Origin: the human T2T-CHM13v2.0 reference genome, Homo sapiens
DNA length: 64,000 bases
Reading direction: 5' to 3' (one strand)
NCBI RefSeq assembly: GCF_009914755.1
Contig: NC_060947.1
Position 1 is the first letter of the stretch. Every line of letters begins with the position of its first letter. The notes beneath the pieces were generated by a model. That model was given only the letters and a program-made list of their open reading frames with translations. It searched no databases and had not been told where the DNA came from. Positions 1 to 13,699 of the stretch are shown here, one piece after another. A program made the translations under genes and the position numbers.

Positions 1-179
1 AAAAAAGTATATGAATATGGTTTAAAAATGACATATCACCCTAAAATGAACAATTCATCCATAACCTCTGAGGAAAATAAAGCAAAATAAGAAATAGGGA
101 GAAACAGGAGGTACTAAAAAAGAAAGCCTGGTTGAGAGCTAAAATTTGACAAAAAAAAAGGCTGTATAAAACTTGGGTA

Positions 180-570
180 TAAGAGAGGAAGAGCATTCTA
201 CACTAAGGAAGTTGAAAGTACAAAGGCCCCGAGGTGGCAATGCACTCAATTTGTCCAGGGAATAGTATTGAGTCCAATGTGACTGCAGCAAAGTAAACAA
301 GGAAAAGACGTATAGGAGAGGAGATCAGACAGTTTGAGATGAGCTTGATCATGTATGGTTACATTTTATTCTAATTGCGATGGAAAGCCAGTTAATGCCT
401 GGCAAAATCTAACTTCTGTTCTACAAGGACCATTCAGGAAATTAACATTAAGAATGTGGAAGAAAAAAGTCTAGTTAGAAGGCTGCTGCAATAGTCCAAG
501 AAAGAGATAATGGTGGTTTGGAGTGGGCTAGTAGAGGTGGCTGTGAGAGAAGTGAAAATACCTGAGATAG
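180..570 (-). mobile_element. L2 LINE fragment
   Basis: Degenerate match to antisense L2 (gaagagcattc...aaaggccccgaggtgg...ggaggctgctgcaatagtccaag). Confidence 0.6.
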
Positions 571-1454
571 AATCAACACAGTGCAGAAATTGTGTTTCGT
601 TAATCTTCTTATCCTCAGTGCATAGTACAATACCTGACACACAAGTAGTGCCTGATAACTGTAATTTGAAGAAATAGTCTGATAGATTTCCCACAGCAAA
701 AGTCATCCATAACACTTGAAATGTGTTCTGTGATTCTTTGCGCTTTAACAAAACTGAAGCATAGATGTATTAATATTGTTTGTTACTATCAGAAAAGAAC
801 GTGGATATTCATTTTATAGGAACCGAAACTCTAGATGTCGGATAAGTCTTACAAATGATCTGGGAGGCCAAATTGCACTTCCTCTTCATTCATGCGTATT
901 AATGCCAAGCATCATTATGCTCTAGAGACATTCCTACCTAGGACTTTGGAAATACTGAATAATAATGAATTGCTACAGGTGATGCTCATCAAGTGCAGGA
1001 ATAAGATGCTAACCCCAAGGAATAAGTCATGAAGCATAAACTCATGAAGGAAAATGCCTGTGTCTTATCTCCATACACAGAAGAGTGCCTTATGCATATT
1101 AGCCACTGGCTTCATGTTTGTTGAGCCGAATGGCAGAAATACTACTAGGCAATTTTCATATATCTAGATTAGTAGAGAAATAAATATGTGTAGGAAGGAG
1201 GTAAATTTAACTATGATAAATTATAAATCATAAAGGAGACTCATCTATAAAGAATTTGAGAGTAAACTGTGGTGTCTTCTAGTGCCATCTACTGCCAAAT
1301 TTTTGAGATACAAAATAAGCCTAATTGATAATATTTCACCTTTTTAATGATATGGATACTTAAGATTAAGATGCAGCTACCTTTTCCAGTACTGCCATTA
1401 ATTTTGCACCCACTCAGGACAATAAAATCCCTCATATATGTATGTATAGAACAG

Positions 1455-1665
1455 GATTCCTTAAAGCACCATTGACATTATGGGTCAGATAATTTTCTGT
1501 TGTAGGGAGCACTACTGTGCTTTGCAGGATGTTTGGCAGCATCCTCGGCTTCTACACATAAATGCCAGTAGCAACTCCACCCACCCCAGTTGTGACATCC
1601 AAAAAAAGTCTCCGGACTTTGCAAACTGTTCCCTGTGGGGCAAAATCTTCCCAATTTAGAAACAT
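1455..1665 (-). mobile_element. MER20 hAT-Charlie DNA transposon
   Basis: attgacatt...gcagcatcctcggcttctac...agttgtgacatccaaaaa...ggggcaaaatc matches the MER20 reverse complement. Confidence 0.85.
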
Positions 1666-1689
1666 TAGTATAGGAAAAGAAAATTAACA

Positions 1690-2050
1690 TCCATGCATTT
1701 GTTAATCCATTCTATAAATTGTTTTAATACCTGCTGTGTACTAAGGATAAAGCTAGCTTCTAGGAATACATTGGTGAATGAAAAAGATGCGGTCTCTGCC
1801 TTAATGGACCTCCCAGTAGAAAAGATAAGCCACCAAAGTGCAGAAATACATGCATAAGTTTAAAGTGCAGTAAATTCTATGAAAGAAAATACAATGACCT
1901 AGATAAAGTGGTCAGGGAAAGCTGCTCAGAAGAGGTTACATTTAAACTCAGGCATGAAGCATGAGAAAAAGACAACCAAGGGAAGAGTGAGAAAGAGTGT
2001 CCCAGTCGGAGAGAACATCAAGAGCAAAGGACTTGCTATGAGCCAGCTAG
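1690..2050 (-). mobile_element. L2 3' end
   Basis: Antisense L2 tail motifs (ggaatacattggtgaatg...gtctctgcc...gtggtcagggaaagc). Confidence 0.7.
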
Positions 2051-2189
2051 TGTGCTACTTCCCTTCCAAGAATTATTTTATGTATGTAGAGTAACTATAT
2101 GTCCTTGCTGCTCACAGCATTCCCATTTATACCTGCGGTCCTGCCACGGTTATATGGATGATAAACTTTATCACGACCCTACATTTAAA

Positions 2190-2340
2190 TGTTACAACAT
2201 TTGAGATGGGTTTGGTTATTATCTCTGTGTTACACAGAAAACTGAGCCCCAACTAGGTTAAGTAATGTATGCAAGTTCACAAAGCTAGCAAGTGACAAAA
2301 CCGGATTGTAAGATGTGTTCTATTTGACTCCAAAGGCAAT
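2190..2340 (-). mobile_element. MIR SINE
   Basis: cagaaaactgag...ggttaagtaa...cacaaagctagcaagtg...tgactccaaag core. Confidence 0.7.
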
Positions 2341-2639
2341 GCTTTTGACAACTTTGCTTTGGCACTTCCCATGGGAAGAGTAGGGATGCAATAAGATAGA
2401 AATACTAAGTAGACATGAGGTAGCAATTGTAAAAGTGATTATGTAAAACACAATAAATATTTGAAGAAATGATAGGCTATGCAAAGAGATCAAAGTTGGA
2501 GTTGGGATGATTTGAGCCTGATGGCATTAGTGAACTATCAGGACCTGATCAAGCATCCACAATAGATGGGAAGCAGCTTCCTTACAAGTCAAAATGGGTT
2601 CTGGAGGCCTTATTCAACAGGCACCTGGTTGATGCTGGC

Positions 2640-2856
2640 AGCAGCATACAATGAAAAAAATATCCCTGAGGAGTAATCAGAAATGGAAGTTCAATTTCTG
2701 GCTATGACATATGTAAGATATGGGACTTAAGTGAGTTTCAACCACTGAGGTTAATTTCCCATCTGCACAATAGAGATAAGGGCACAAATTCTACCTAAAT
2801 CAAGGTTTGTCTAGAGGCTCAAATAAGATAATGCCTGTGAGTGTGCTGTGTAAACT
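2640..2856 (+). mobile_element. MIR SINE
   Basis: Degenerate core tttcccatctg...aaataagataatgcctgtga. Confidence 0.55.
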
Positions 2857-3580
2857 AGGAAGTATAATTTGCCATTCTATTAAAAGCAGCCTTTTTGAGC
2901 TGTTAGCATTTCTGCTGCTATAGTCAGGCATATTCTGTCTTTTCATCCCTTGAATTCTTCAAAAGAGCTAAAGAAATGTGATTTCTTCTGAGGAGAAAGA
3001 TGGATATCACACTTTTGAACTGTCTGATCTGATACACTAGTCTGGGTCTCCAGGAGCTTGATGAAACTGAATGTCATTATGTCAGCATTTCTCATTTTAT
3101 TTTGGCCCTCACAAGCTCAACCACAACACAAATTACTAAATGGCTCTCACAGTGCTTTCTAGTTGGGGAAAGGACTAAACAAAAGAAAAATAAAATAACA
3201 TAAAATAAAATAAATCACTCTATTTTAGAGACAAATTTTCAGATATCGAGTTGGCATTGCAAGGGCACTTTTTACATCCATCTGTGCCTGTCTGCTTATA
3301 CAATCAACACTTATTGTTTGAGATTTCAAGTATTTCAAAAATATTTCCAAAAATACTGTGCTTCTTTGACCTTTAATAAACCGTTCAAAAGCCACTTGCA
3401 ATGACAGAAAAATAATAAAAAATGCTTATTCTTTTACCTCCTTTTCTTTTCACAAGAAGTCATATTGTGAAAAGGCTATATTTTTTAAAGAGTAGGACAA
3501 AAATAAGATGGGACTTATTTGGAAGGTGGTTTCAAGTGACGGTCTAATTTATGTGCTGCATTTTTTAATAATAGTAGCTT

Positions 3581-6500
3581 TACTTATTTTAAATTTTTGT
3601 GGGTACATAGTTGGTGTATATATTTATGGGTACATGAGATGCTTTGATACAGGCATGCAATGCATACTAATCACATCATGGGAGATGGGGTGTTCATCCC
3701 CTCAAGTATTTATTATTGGTGTTACAAACAATCCAATTCTACCCTGTTAGAGTAAAATATAAAATCAAAATATTGACAATAGTCACCTTGTTGCGCTATA
3801 CAATAGTAAGTCTTATTCATTATTTCTAACTAAGATTTTTGTGACAATTAACCATTCCACCTTCCCCTCAAACCCATACTACTCTTTCCAGCCTCTGGTA
3901 ACCATCCTTCTACTGTCTGACTCCATGGGTTTAATTGTTTTAATGTTTAGATCACACAAATAAGTGAGAACATGGAATGTTTGTCTTCTTGTGCCTGGCT
4001 TATTTCATGTAACATAATGATCTCCAGTTCCAACCATGTGGTTGCAAATGACAGGAGCTCATTGTTTTTTATGGCTAAATAGTACTCCATGGTGTAAACA
4101 TACAACATTTTGTCTATCCATTCAGCTGTTGATGGACACTTAGGTTGCTTCCAAATCTTGGCTATTGTGAACAGTGCTGCAACAAACATGAGCGTGCAGA
4201 TATGTCTTTGGGACACTGATTTCCTTTCTTTTTACTATATACCCAGCAGTGGGATTGTTGGATCATACTTTTAGTTTTTTTGAGGAACCTCTAAACTGTT
4301 CCCCATAGTGATCATACTAATTTGCATTCCCACCAACAGTGTACAAGGGTTCCCTTGTCACCGTATCTTTGCCAGTATTTATTATTGCCTGACTTTTGGA
4401 GAAAAGCCATTTTAACTGGGGTGAAATAGTATCTCATTTTAGTTTTTATTCGCATTTCTCTGATAATCAATGATGTTGAGCACCTTTGTGTATGCTTGTT
4501 TGCCACTGGAAAGTATTCTCTTGATAAATGTCTATTCAAATTATTTGCCCAGTTTTTGATAGTATTATTATATTTTTATTCCATAGAGTCATTTCTGTTG
4601 CTTACAAGTTCCAGTTATTAATCCCTTGTCAGATGGGTAGTTGACAAATATTTTCTCCCATTCTGTGGGTTGTCTCATCACTTTGTTCATTGTTTCCTTT
4701 GCTGTTCAGAAGCTTTTTAACTTGATGTGATCCCGTTTGTCTATTTTGCTTTGGTTGCCTGTGTTTGTGGGGTATTACTCTTGTAATTTTACCCAGATCA
4801 AAGTCCAGGAAAGATTCCCCAAAGTTTTTCTATAATAGTTTCATAGTTTGAGGTCTTACATTTAATTCTTTAATCCATTGTTTATGTTTTATATATGGCA
4901 AAGAATAGGGGTCTAGGTTCATTCTTCTGCATGTGAATGTCCAGTTTTGTGAGCATCATATATTGAAGGGACTGTGTTTTCCCCAGTGAATGTTCTTGGC
5001 ACCTTTATCAAAAAATGAGTTTACTGTAGGTGTGTGGGTTTGTTTCTGGGTCCTCTATTCTGTTCCATTGGCATATGTGTCTGTTTTTATGCCAGTACCA
5101 TGCTGTTTTGGTTACTATAGCTCTGTAGTTTAATTTGAAATCAGGTAATTATTCCTCCAGTTTTGTTCTTTTTGCTCAGGATAGCATTGGCTATTCTGGA
5201 TCTTTTGTGGTTGCATATAATTATTTGATTTTTTTTCTGTTTTTATGAAGAATGTCATTGATATTTTGATAGGTATTTTCAGTCTACATGTGTTTTTAGA
5301 GGTGAAGTGTGTTTCTTGTTTGCAACAAGTCATTGGGTCTTGTTTTTGTATGCTTTCAGCCAATCTATGTCTTTTGATTAAAGAGTTTAGTCTATTTACA
5401 TTAAATGCTATTATTGATAACTAAGGACTTACTCCTGTCAATTTGTTTTTTGATTCTGATTGTTTTGTGGTCTTCTTTCTTTCTTTCCATCCAGCCTTCC
5501 TTTTACTGAACATGATTTCAAGTGGCGATATGATTTAGTTTCTCGCTTTTTAATTTTTGTGAATACATTATATGGTGTTTAGTTTGAGGTTCCCATGAGA
5601 CTTGCAAATACTATCTTAACACCCATTATTTTAACCTGATAACAACCTAACACTGTTTGCATAAACAAACAAGCAAGCCAAAAAAAGTAATTAAAACTCT
5701 ATGCATTAACTTTATTTTTCCACTTAACTTGTTGTTGTTTCTATTTATATCTTATTATACTATGTCTTGAAAAGTTGTCATAGATATTGTTTTTGATTCA
5801 TTCTTTGTTTAGTTTTTTTTTTTTACTTAGGATAATGGTATGTTACACACTACAGTTACAGTATTATAATATTTTATTTTTCCCATGTACTGTTACCAGT
5901 GAGTTTTGTATCTTCAGGTGATCTCTAATTGTTCATTAATGTTATTTTCTTTCTGATCAAAATACTTCCCTTAGCATTTCTTGTAGAAAAGGTCTGGTGT
6001 TGATGAAATCCTTTTTTTTAATCTGGTAATATATTTATTTCTCCTTCATTTTTGAAGGATATTTTTCACCAGATATACTATTCTAAGGCAAAAGGGTTTT
6101 TTGTTGTTGTTTTGTTTTCTTTAGCACTTTAAATATGTCATGCCATTCTCACCTGGCCTGTAAGATTTTCACTGAAAATCCTGCTGCCAGACGTATTGCA
6201 GCTCCACTGTATGTTAGTTGCTTATTTTCTCTTGCTGCTTTTAGGATCCATTCTTTATGCTTGACCTTTAGGAGTTTGATTATTAAATGCCTTAAGGTCT
6301 TCTTTGGGTTAAATCTTCCTGGTGTTTTATAACGCTCTTGAACTTGGATATTGCTATCTTTCTGTAGGTTTAGAATGTTCTCTATTATTATTCCTTTGAA
6401 AAAACTTTCTACCACTATCTCTTTCTCTACTTATTTTTTAAGGTAAAAAACTCCTGGATATTTGCTTTTCATTGATTTTCTAGATTCTATATCCATGCTT

Positions 6501-8885
6501 CATTGATTTTTATTCTTTTTTCTTTTTTTCTCCTCTGTGTATTTTCAAGCCCACTAATTCTTCTGCTTGATACATTTTGCTATTAAAACACTCTGATGCA
6601 TTCTGCATTATGTCTATTGAATTTTCAGCTCCAAAATGTCTTCTTCTTTGTAATTATTTCAATCTATTTATTAAACTTATCTTTCCTTCTCTGTGTTATA
6701 TTGAATTTTTTTGAGTTTCATCAAAACAGCTATTTTGAATTCTCCATCCAAAAAGTCACATATCTCTGTTTCTCAAGGATTGGTCCCTGGTGACTTAGTT
6801 TATTTGGTGATGTCATGTTTTCCTGGATGGTCTTGATTCTTGCAGATGTTAGTCTGTGTCTGGGCATTGAAGAGTTAAGTATTTATTGTAGTCATCACTG
6901 TGTGGGTTTGTCTGCCCCAATCCTTCTTAGGAAGGCTTTCCAGATATTTGAAAGGACTTGTATATTGTGATCTAAGCTGTATCTGCTTTAGGGGGCATTC
7001 CAGGTCCATTAATACAGTGGTTCTTACAGACTCATAGAAGTACAACTTTGATTGTCTTGGATAAGATCTGAAGTATTCTCTGGCTTACAAGACCAAGACT
7101 CTTGTTTTCTTTATTTTTCTTCAAACAATCAGAGTCCCTCTCTCCATTCTGAACAACCTGAAGCTGGAGGTGGAGTAACACAAGTACCCTTTTGGCCACC
7201 AGTACTAGGACTGCATGGTGTCAGACCTGAAGCCAGCACAGCACTGGTTCTCACCCAAGGTCCACTGTAACCACTCCCTGGCTACATCATATGATCCCTC
7301 AAGGACCTAGTGCTCTACAATCAGCAGATGGCAAAGCCCGCCAGGCCTGTGTCTTTTCCTATAGGGCAGCATATTCTCCCAGGCCCTGTGGGTTCAAAGT
7401 TGCTATCTGGGAGCTAGGAACTAGAGTCAAAAATCTTAGACACCTACCTGGTGTTCTATTGTAGTATGAGTAAGCTGGAATTCAAACTACAAGACACAGT
7501 CTTTCTCATATGTACTTCCCCCTTCCTAAGGCAGAGGAGCCTCACCTTGTGGCCACTGCCACCAGAAGCCAATGGAGAGTACTACCAGAGTACTAGCAAC
7601 GTGTCCTTAAGGCCCAAGTGTTCTTAAGTCAGCTTGTGGTGAATTCTGCCTGGCCTGGGACTCACCCTTCAGGGTGATGGGCTCCCTTTTTGCCCAGGGA
7701 AGGTCCAGAAATGTCATCCAAGTGCCAATTCTTGGAATCAGAAACCTCAAGTGCTATTTTATTTTATTTATTTATTTATTTTTGCTCTACCACCCCGTGG
7801 CCGAGCTGGTACATAAGGTCCAAGAAAAAGGATCCTTTCCTTTTCCTCTGCAATTGTCAAGCAGAAGGAGCCTCGCCCTGTAGCCACAACAGCTGAGAAT
7901 GTGCTGAGACTCACCTAAAACCAACAAGTCTCCAAGTCTCACCTAAGGCCCACAACATAGTACCTGGAAATCACTGCTGTTCATTCAGGTCAAAGGGCTC
8001 TTTAGACAGCAGGTGATGAATGCTGCCAGGACTGGGTCCTTCCCTTTAAGGTGGCAGGTTCATTTCTGGGCCAGGGTGTGTCTAGAAATGTTGGCCAGGA
8101 GCTAGGGTCTTGAATGGGAACCTCACGACTCTGACCAGCGCTATATCCTACTTTGGCTGAGCTGGTATCCAAGATGCAATATAATGTCCTCCCCACTCTT
8201 CCTTCTCCTCTCCTCAAGTGAAAGGAAGGTGTCTCCTTTGGAGCTGGGAGCTGTGCAACCTGGAATTAGGGGAGGGGTTATGCCTGCACTCCCTTAGATA
8301 CCCTGACTGGTATCCCAGTAGGTCATGTGATCCCCAGTCTACTGTCTCTGGACCCAGTTCAGCACTAATGCTCATGTAAAATTTGCAGCCTTGTGGCCTA
8401 GCCTGCATTTCATATTTTTAGGGCCCCAGAGCACTTTAGCTCCTGATAGTGAGGCTCACATAAACTCAAGTTCTGGCTGCTGGAATTGGCAATTCCCCTC
8501 GCTTAGCACTGGTTTCAGTGCTGTGGGTGGCTGCCAGCTGAGTTGGGTCTGGTTTTCCTTTCTGCTCTAACAGCACTGCACTGAATTTAATGCCTCACAA
8601 TTGCTGCAGTCTCTCTCGCCCCATGCGCCAAAACTCTGTCTTCATTATGCTGCTGCTGCAGGGGAATAGGTGATGAGTGACATTGGCTATTCACTGCTGT
8701 TTTTCCTACCTTTTTAGTGCCTCTTCCAGCAATATGATGTTATAACCAGATACTGTGAGTGCTTACCTGATTTTTGGTTCTTATGAAGGTGCTATTTTTA
8801 TGTAGATAGTTGTTATAGTGGTGTCTTTGTGAAGGGGGACAATCATTGGAGCCTTCTATTTTGCCATTATACTCTGCCCTCTCTC
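3581..8885 (-). mobile_element. L1MA-type LINE-1 (L1MA1-3-like) with both ends and a large internal ORF2 deletion
   Basis: L1MA 3'UTR from 3581; ORF2 C-terminal frames ([19 protein letters not shown]); ORF1 frame (RYKTPGRFNPKK...ILKAARE); long 5'UTR; 12-bp TSD TAATAGTAGCTT at 3569-3580 and 8886-8897. Confidence 0.93.
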
Positions 8886-8897
8886 TAATAGTAGCTT

Positions 8898-9430
8898 ATT
8901 AAAACATAGTTTACATACCACAAAATTTACTCTATTAAAGCATACAATTTAATATATTCACTGAGTTGTGATATCTTCACGAGTGTTTGATATTAAATCA
9001 TTTTCATCACCGCATAATGTAACCTCAAACTCATCAGCAGTCACTGCTTATTCACATTCCACCCTCCTTCCTCCACGATAGGCAACCACTATTTTACTGT
9101 CTGCCTCAGTAAGTTTGCTTTTTCTGAACATTTGATATGAATAGGTTCATACAATACGTGGCCTTCTGTGTCTGACTACTTTCACTGAGCGTGTTTCCAA
9201 GGTTCATGGACATTGTAGTATGTATCAGCACTTCATTTATTTTTGTAGGTAAGTAACAGTCCACTGTGCACATATAACATATGCATCCATTCTTTCCTTG
9301 ATGAATATTTGGGATCAACTTTTGTTTATTATGATTCATGCATCTATAAACATTCCTGTACAAGTTTCAGTGTGGACATTTATTTTCATTTCTCTTAGCT
9401 AAATACCTAGGTGTGGAATGCTGAGTTTCC
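8898..9430 (-). mobile_element. Older L1 (L1MB/ME-like) 3' end, host of the L1MA insertion
   Basis: tttacataccacaaaattt...ggcaaccact...ccaaggttcat...aaatacctagg 3'UTR motifs. Confidence 0.8.
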
Positions 9431-10369
9431 ATGTTAGCTTTGCACAAAAGTTATAACAATTTGAAATAATTGTTACAGAGCTTGATTATTATAAAATAAT
9501 TACAATTCTTATAAAACTAATGCAACCAGGCAATAATGTTAGAATATTAATTTAAATGTTAAGATTGAAAAATTATTTGTCAGATTTAATAGCATTCAAT
9601 TAAGCTATTATTAATCATAACAATTCATAAACTGCTTTTTATTGTAACTGGTCATTATAACTTAGAACTTCTTTTTCTGTGTGTTTTAGCACTGCTCTTT
9701 CTGTTTATGAACTTCATTACTGCCAAACTGTAAATTACAGAATGAGGGATTACTGTGTCAGATTGTAACTCTTAAGCAATTTATATATTTAATTTTCAAG
9801 GTTTAAAATAGCTGTATTGCTATATTTGTGAATATTAAATGAGCTAGTGCCATGACAGAAAATATAAAAACAGATGACTATAATGTGTAACTGCAATTTT
9901 ATTCATTCACTAGGAATAAGGCATACAGTTTTGCTCTAAAAGTCACAATTTACTTTCCTGGCTTCAGTTTGGAAATGCAAGCACTAGTTTTTAAGAGGAT
10001 CTTCTTAAATCAAATGCATCAAATACATTTAATCGAGGTGATTTATGGTGTAAAATAACTGCACTTGCCTAGGGTAGAAGGAATAATCAGGAGAAATTGA
10101 AATTCTAGAACCAAAAGCAGTGTTGTGCGGGGGTTACTTCTCCCCTCCAGCCCACTTCAATCATCAATCTTCTCACAATGTATCCAGTATGTTCTTAGGA
10201 GCTCATTAAGCCTCCAGCTACATTCTTTAAAATCTAGACTCTCCTTCGTCAACTGTAAGCATGCGGAATTTCAGAACAGACCATGGGATGAAGTATTTGG
10301 GAAAACCTTAATGTTATAATTAGATTATGGATTCAGTTACTTCTGCATTAGCGTATCTAGCGATCCTGT

Positions 10370-10745
10370 TGTTTCCTATCTCAAACCTGCTTCTTCCCCA
10401 GACCCACGTGTCAATGAATGGCACCACTGTTAACTCAGTTGCTCAACCTTAAAACCTAAGAACTTACTTTGATTCATCTATTTTTCTCTATTAACAAACA
10501 GATGGTCTTTATTTTCAAAATACATTCACAATTTCTATCTTCTTACTTCCTACACTACTCTTATCCTAGAGGAAGCTGCCATCATCTCTTACCTGGATGA
10601 CTGATCCTGTTTTACTCTAGCCCCACAGTCTATTGATACTTCAGCCAGATTGATCTTTCTAACACTTAAATGAGATTATATCATTTACACATTTTTAAAC
10701 TTCTAGCTGGATACCCACTACACTTAAAATAAAATTCAAACTCAC
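10370..10745 (+). mobile_element. L2 fragment
   Basis: aaacctgcttc...aatggcaccac...cagttgctcaa...ccatcatctcttacctggat. Confidence 0.7.
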
Positions 10746-11404
10746 CAAGAAAAATTTGACCCATCAGATCAAAGCATAAAGAGGAATTAGGATGAAATTT
10801 CTAAAGGTCCTCTTTTATTTTAATGTAATTGGTGTCAGTTCTACCAAAAGGTAAATTATAATTTCTTGTGTGCATGATGTGGTCATCGCTAAACACTCTT
10901 CAGACAGACATAAAAATGCAAAACATTTGACCACTGCATTTGATCGAGTAAAGTTTGTGACAAGAAAAAAAGCTGAAAGTATTAGCAAACAACATAAAAG
11001 TAATTAAATTAGACTTACCTATTGAAAGATACTTTCACATCAGTGTAGAGTTGCTTAAGGAGACCAATTATAGATGAAACAACACACAATTTGAAGATAA
11101 AACAAAAACATGAAAATAAAATATCCATGAACATAGCTGTGAAAATAGAAATAACACAAATAATTTATGTAAAGAATATTCATTGAAACAGACTCCCAGC
11201 ATAATGATAAAAAAAAGTCACCAAGAAATGTTAAAATCTTGAATTTTTACACCCCTAACAGAATAGTCTCAAATTATATAAAATAAAATGTGACAGAACA
11301 ATAAGGGACTATCAAAGTCACAATTAATATGGTTGATTTTAATACACATTTAATAGAAACAAAATGACAGACAAAATTTATGAGTATAGAAAATTCCACT
11401 GTTT

Positions 11405-11707
<303 letters not shown>

Positions 11708-11824
11708 TCATGGCTAACAAATTTTATCTGATAAATATGTGCAATCCTGTATCTATCAAATAGAGAAACGGGCAGATCATTGCCTGTTTATACACAGATC
11801 CAATTATTATTCATATCAGAAAAA

Positions 11825-12280
11825 CTATGCTTCCCAGACATCCTTGCCAGTTGATTTAGCCAATGAACACCAGGGAAAGGCAAGAGAAACCATAGTCTTC
11901 CTGGCCTTCGCATACCAACCAACACAGGCAACATTTTCTAACAGCAGTTGCCTTTCCTTTGTGGTTTCAGTTCTCTACTGAAGATCTTCTCATTTTATGG
12001 TCCCATTACATCTAGTCTGCCATCACATTGATTTTAGTTTCCTCAAGATAGTCCTGGTTTCTGGTTTCTGGTTTCTGGTTTCTGATAAACACCACCTACT
12101 TTCTGTATCTCTCCAGACCTAGAGACAATAGCAGCTTTCTGCTATTTCTAATCTCTCAATTGTCTCACCTTTCTGTTTGGTTTCGCTGCATTAACATCAT
12201 TTGTTAACCAATCATCAGTATTAAGTTTCCTCTCTGTAAAACATACCCAGTGATTTCTAGTTGGACAATAACTAATATAA
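11825..12280 (+). mobile_element. LTR33-like ERVL solo LTR
   Basis: tagcagctttctgctatttctaatctc...accaatc...gtattaagtttcctc 3' motifs; contains (CTGGTTT)x4 near 12055. Confidence 0.6.
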
Positions 12281-12354
12281 GAACATATGTAACATTATGT
12301 TTGAGCAAAAAATAGAACAAATATAAATTATGTCATGTCACATCTCAAAAAATT

Positions 12355-12830
12355 TGCTGGATATTTTCTATTTATTTCCTTTTACCATTAATTCTCTGCT
12401 CTTCTTGCTTCCTTGTTCTATACCCTAAGTGCTTAACCACTGTAAACTATATAACCTGGATTCTTTGCACTCTGGCTTCTAGATCATTATGGCTAATGGG
12501 AGGCACTAGCAGGAGATTGAAGAGCATAAAAATGGATAGATGGGGGCAAATTTTCCTTACTTCTTCTCTGCCTTTATGCCATGGTTATGGCAGTGCCCTT
12601 CTACAACTTCAGTTTTGTGTAGAGTACCTATCTGCTTCCCGTGACACTACATCTTACTGGGCTCCAGTAACACTGTTTCATCCCTTTATCTCTTAATACT
12701 TGGTGGTAATAATAATGTCTTATTGTTGATAGTCCCCAGGTGCCCAGACTTTCTTGACATACTGATAAACATATCTTCATCAAAATCCCAGTTGAATGTG
12801 TCTTCTGTTACCTAGGTCATGAGCGTTTTT
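12355..12830 (+). mobile_element. LTR33A-like ERVL LTR
   Basis: gatattttctattt...ctctggcttc...ggctaatgggaggcactagcaggagattg. Confidence 0.6.
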
Positions 12831-13109
12831 GAAGCATAACTAATAAATAAAGGAAGCTTTAACAAGTTTCAAAGAATTGGTATGACACAGATGAAAAATA
12901 TCTGACCAGGTATTTAGATTAGAAATCAACAATGCAATGTTAAAATGTAGACGTACATACATATGTGCATATATATGCATAGGAATGCAAAAACACACTC
13001 CTAAATACCAATTGGGGTGGAAAAATCGCAATGCAACTTGTAACTAAATGGTAATAAAGTTACTACATGTCAAATATTGTATAACAATATTTGATGGTAT
13101 TTTATATAG

Positions 13110-13640
13110 ACACCTTTTATTTGGTTTTATCTATTTCTCTAACAATTTATGTTTTTACCATTCTTTCTTGTATCTCAGACTTTCCTTCTGAAATCTTTCT
13201 TCTGCCTGGATTATTTTTTTGGAAAACTCTTCAATGAAAATTATTTGTTAATATATTCTCTCAGTTTTGTTTATTTATATTTCCCCCCACGTTCTTATAA
13301 GATAGTTTGTCTGAGTATACACAATTCTATGTTGATGGTTATAATATTTTATCTTAAATAAAAATTATTTTTACATTTTTTGAATAGTTTATTTTCAGAT
13401 CCTTTTATTTGTCTTTGACTTTCTGTAGTTTCACAAAAATACTTGGTTTTCCTTTTATATATTTTATTGTGGATAAATGATACCTCCTGTATTCATTAGT
13501 TCATAATTTTCATCAATTATGAAAAATGTTTAGGTCTCAATAATTCCTTGAATTCCTCAATATTTCTCAATATTATTCCTTTTATATGATCACTGTTCTA
13601 TTTTTCTTTGTCTATGATTTCATACACATTAAAATATTTC
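13110..13640 (-). mobile_element. Ancient L1M fragment
   Basis: T-rich antisense L1-like motifs (tctctcagttttgttt...aagatagttt...aattcta). Confidence 0.45.
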
Positions 13641-13699
13641 ATTCATATAAAATATAATACCTTAAATCTGCATGACTTGTAAATAAGCATTTCAGTATA

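Noticed and set aside
9670-9800. Strong + strand acceptor (ctttttctgtgtgttttag)
   Set aside because: No convincing donor or recognisable peptide; such sites are common in AT-rich DNA
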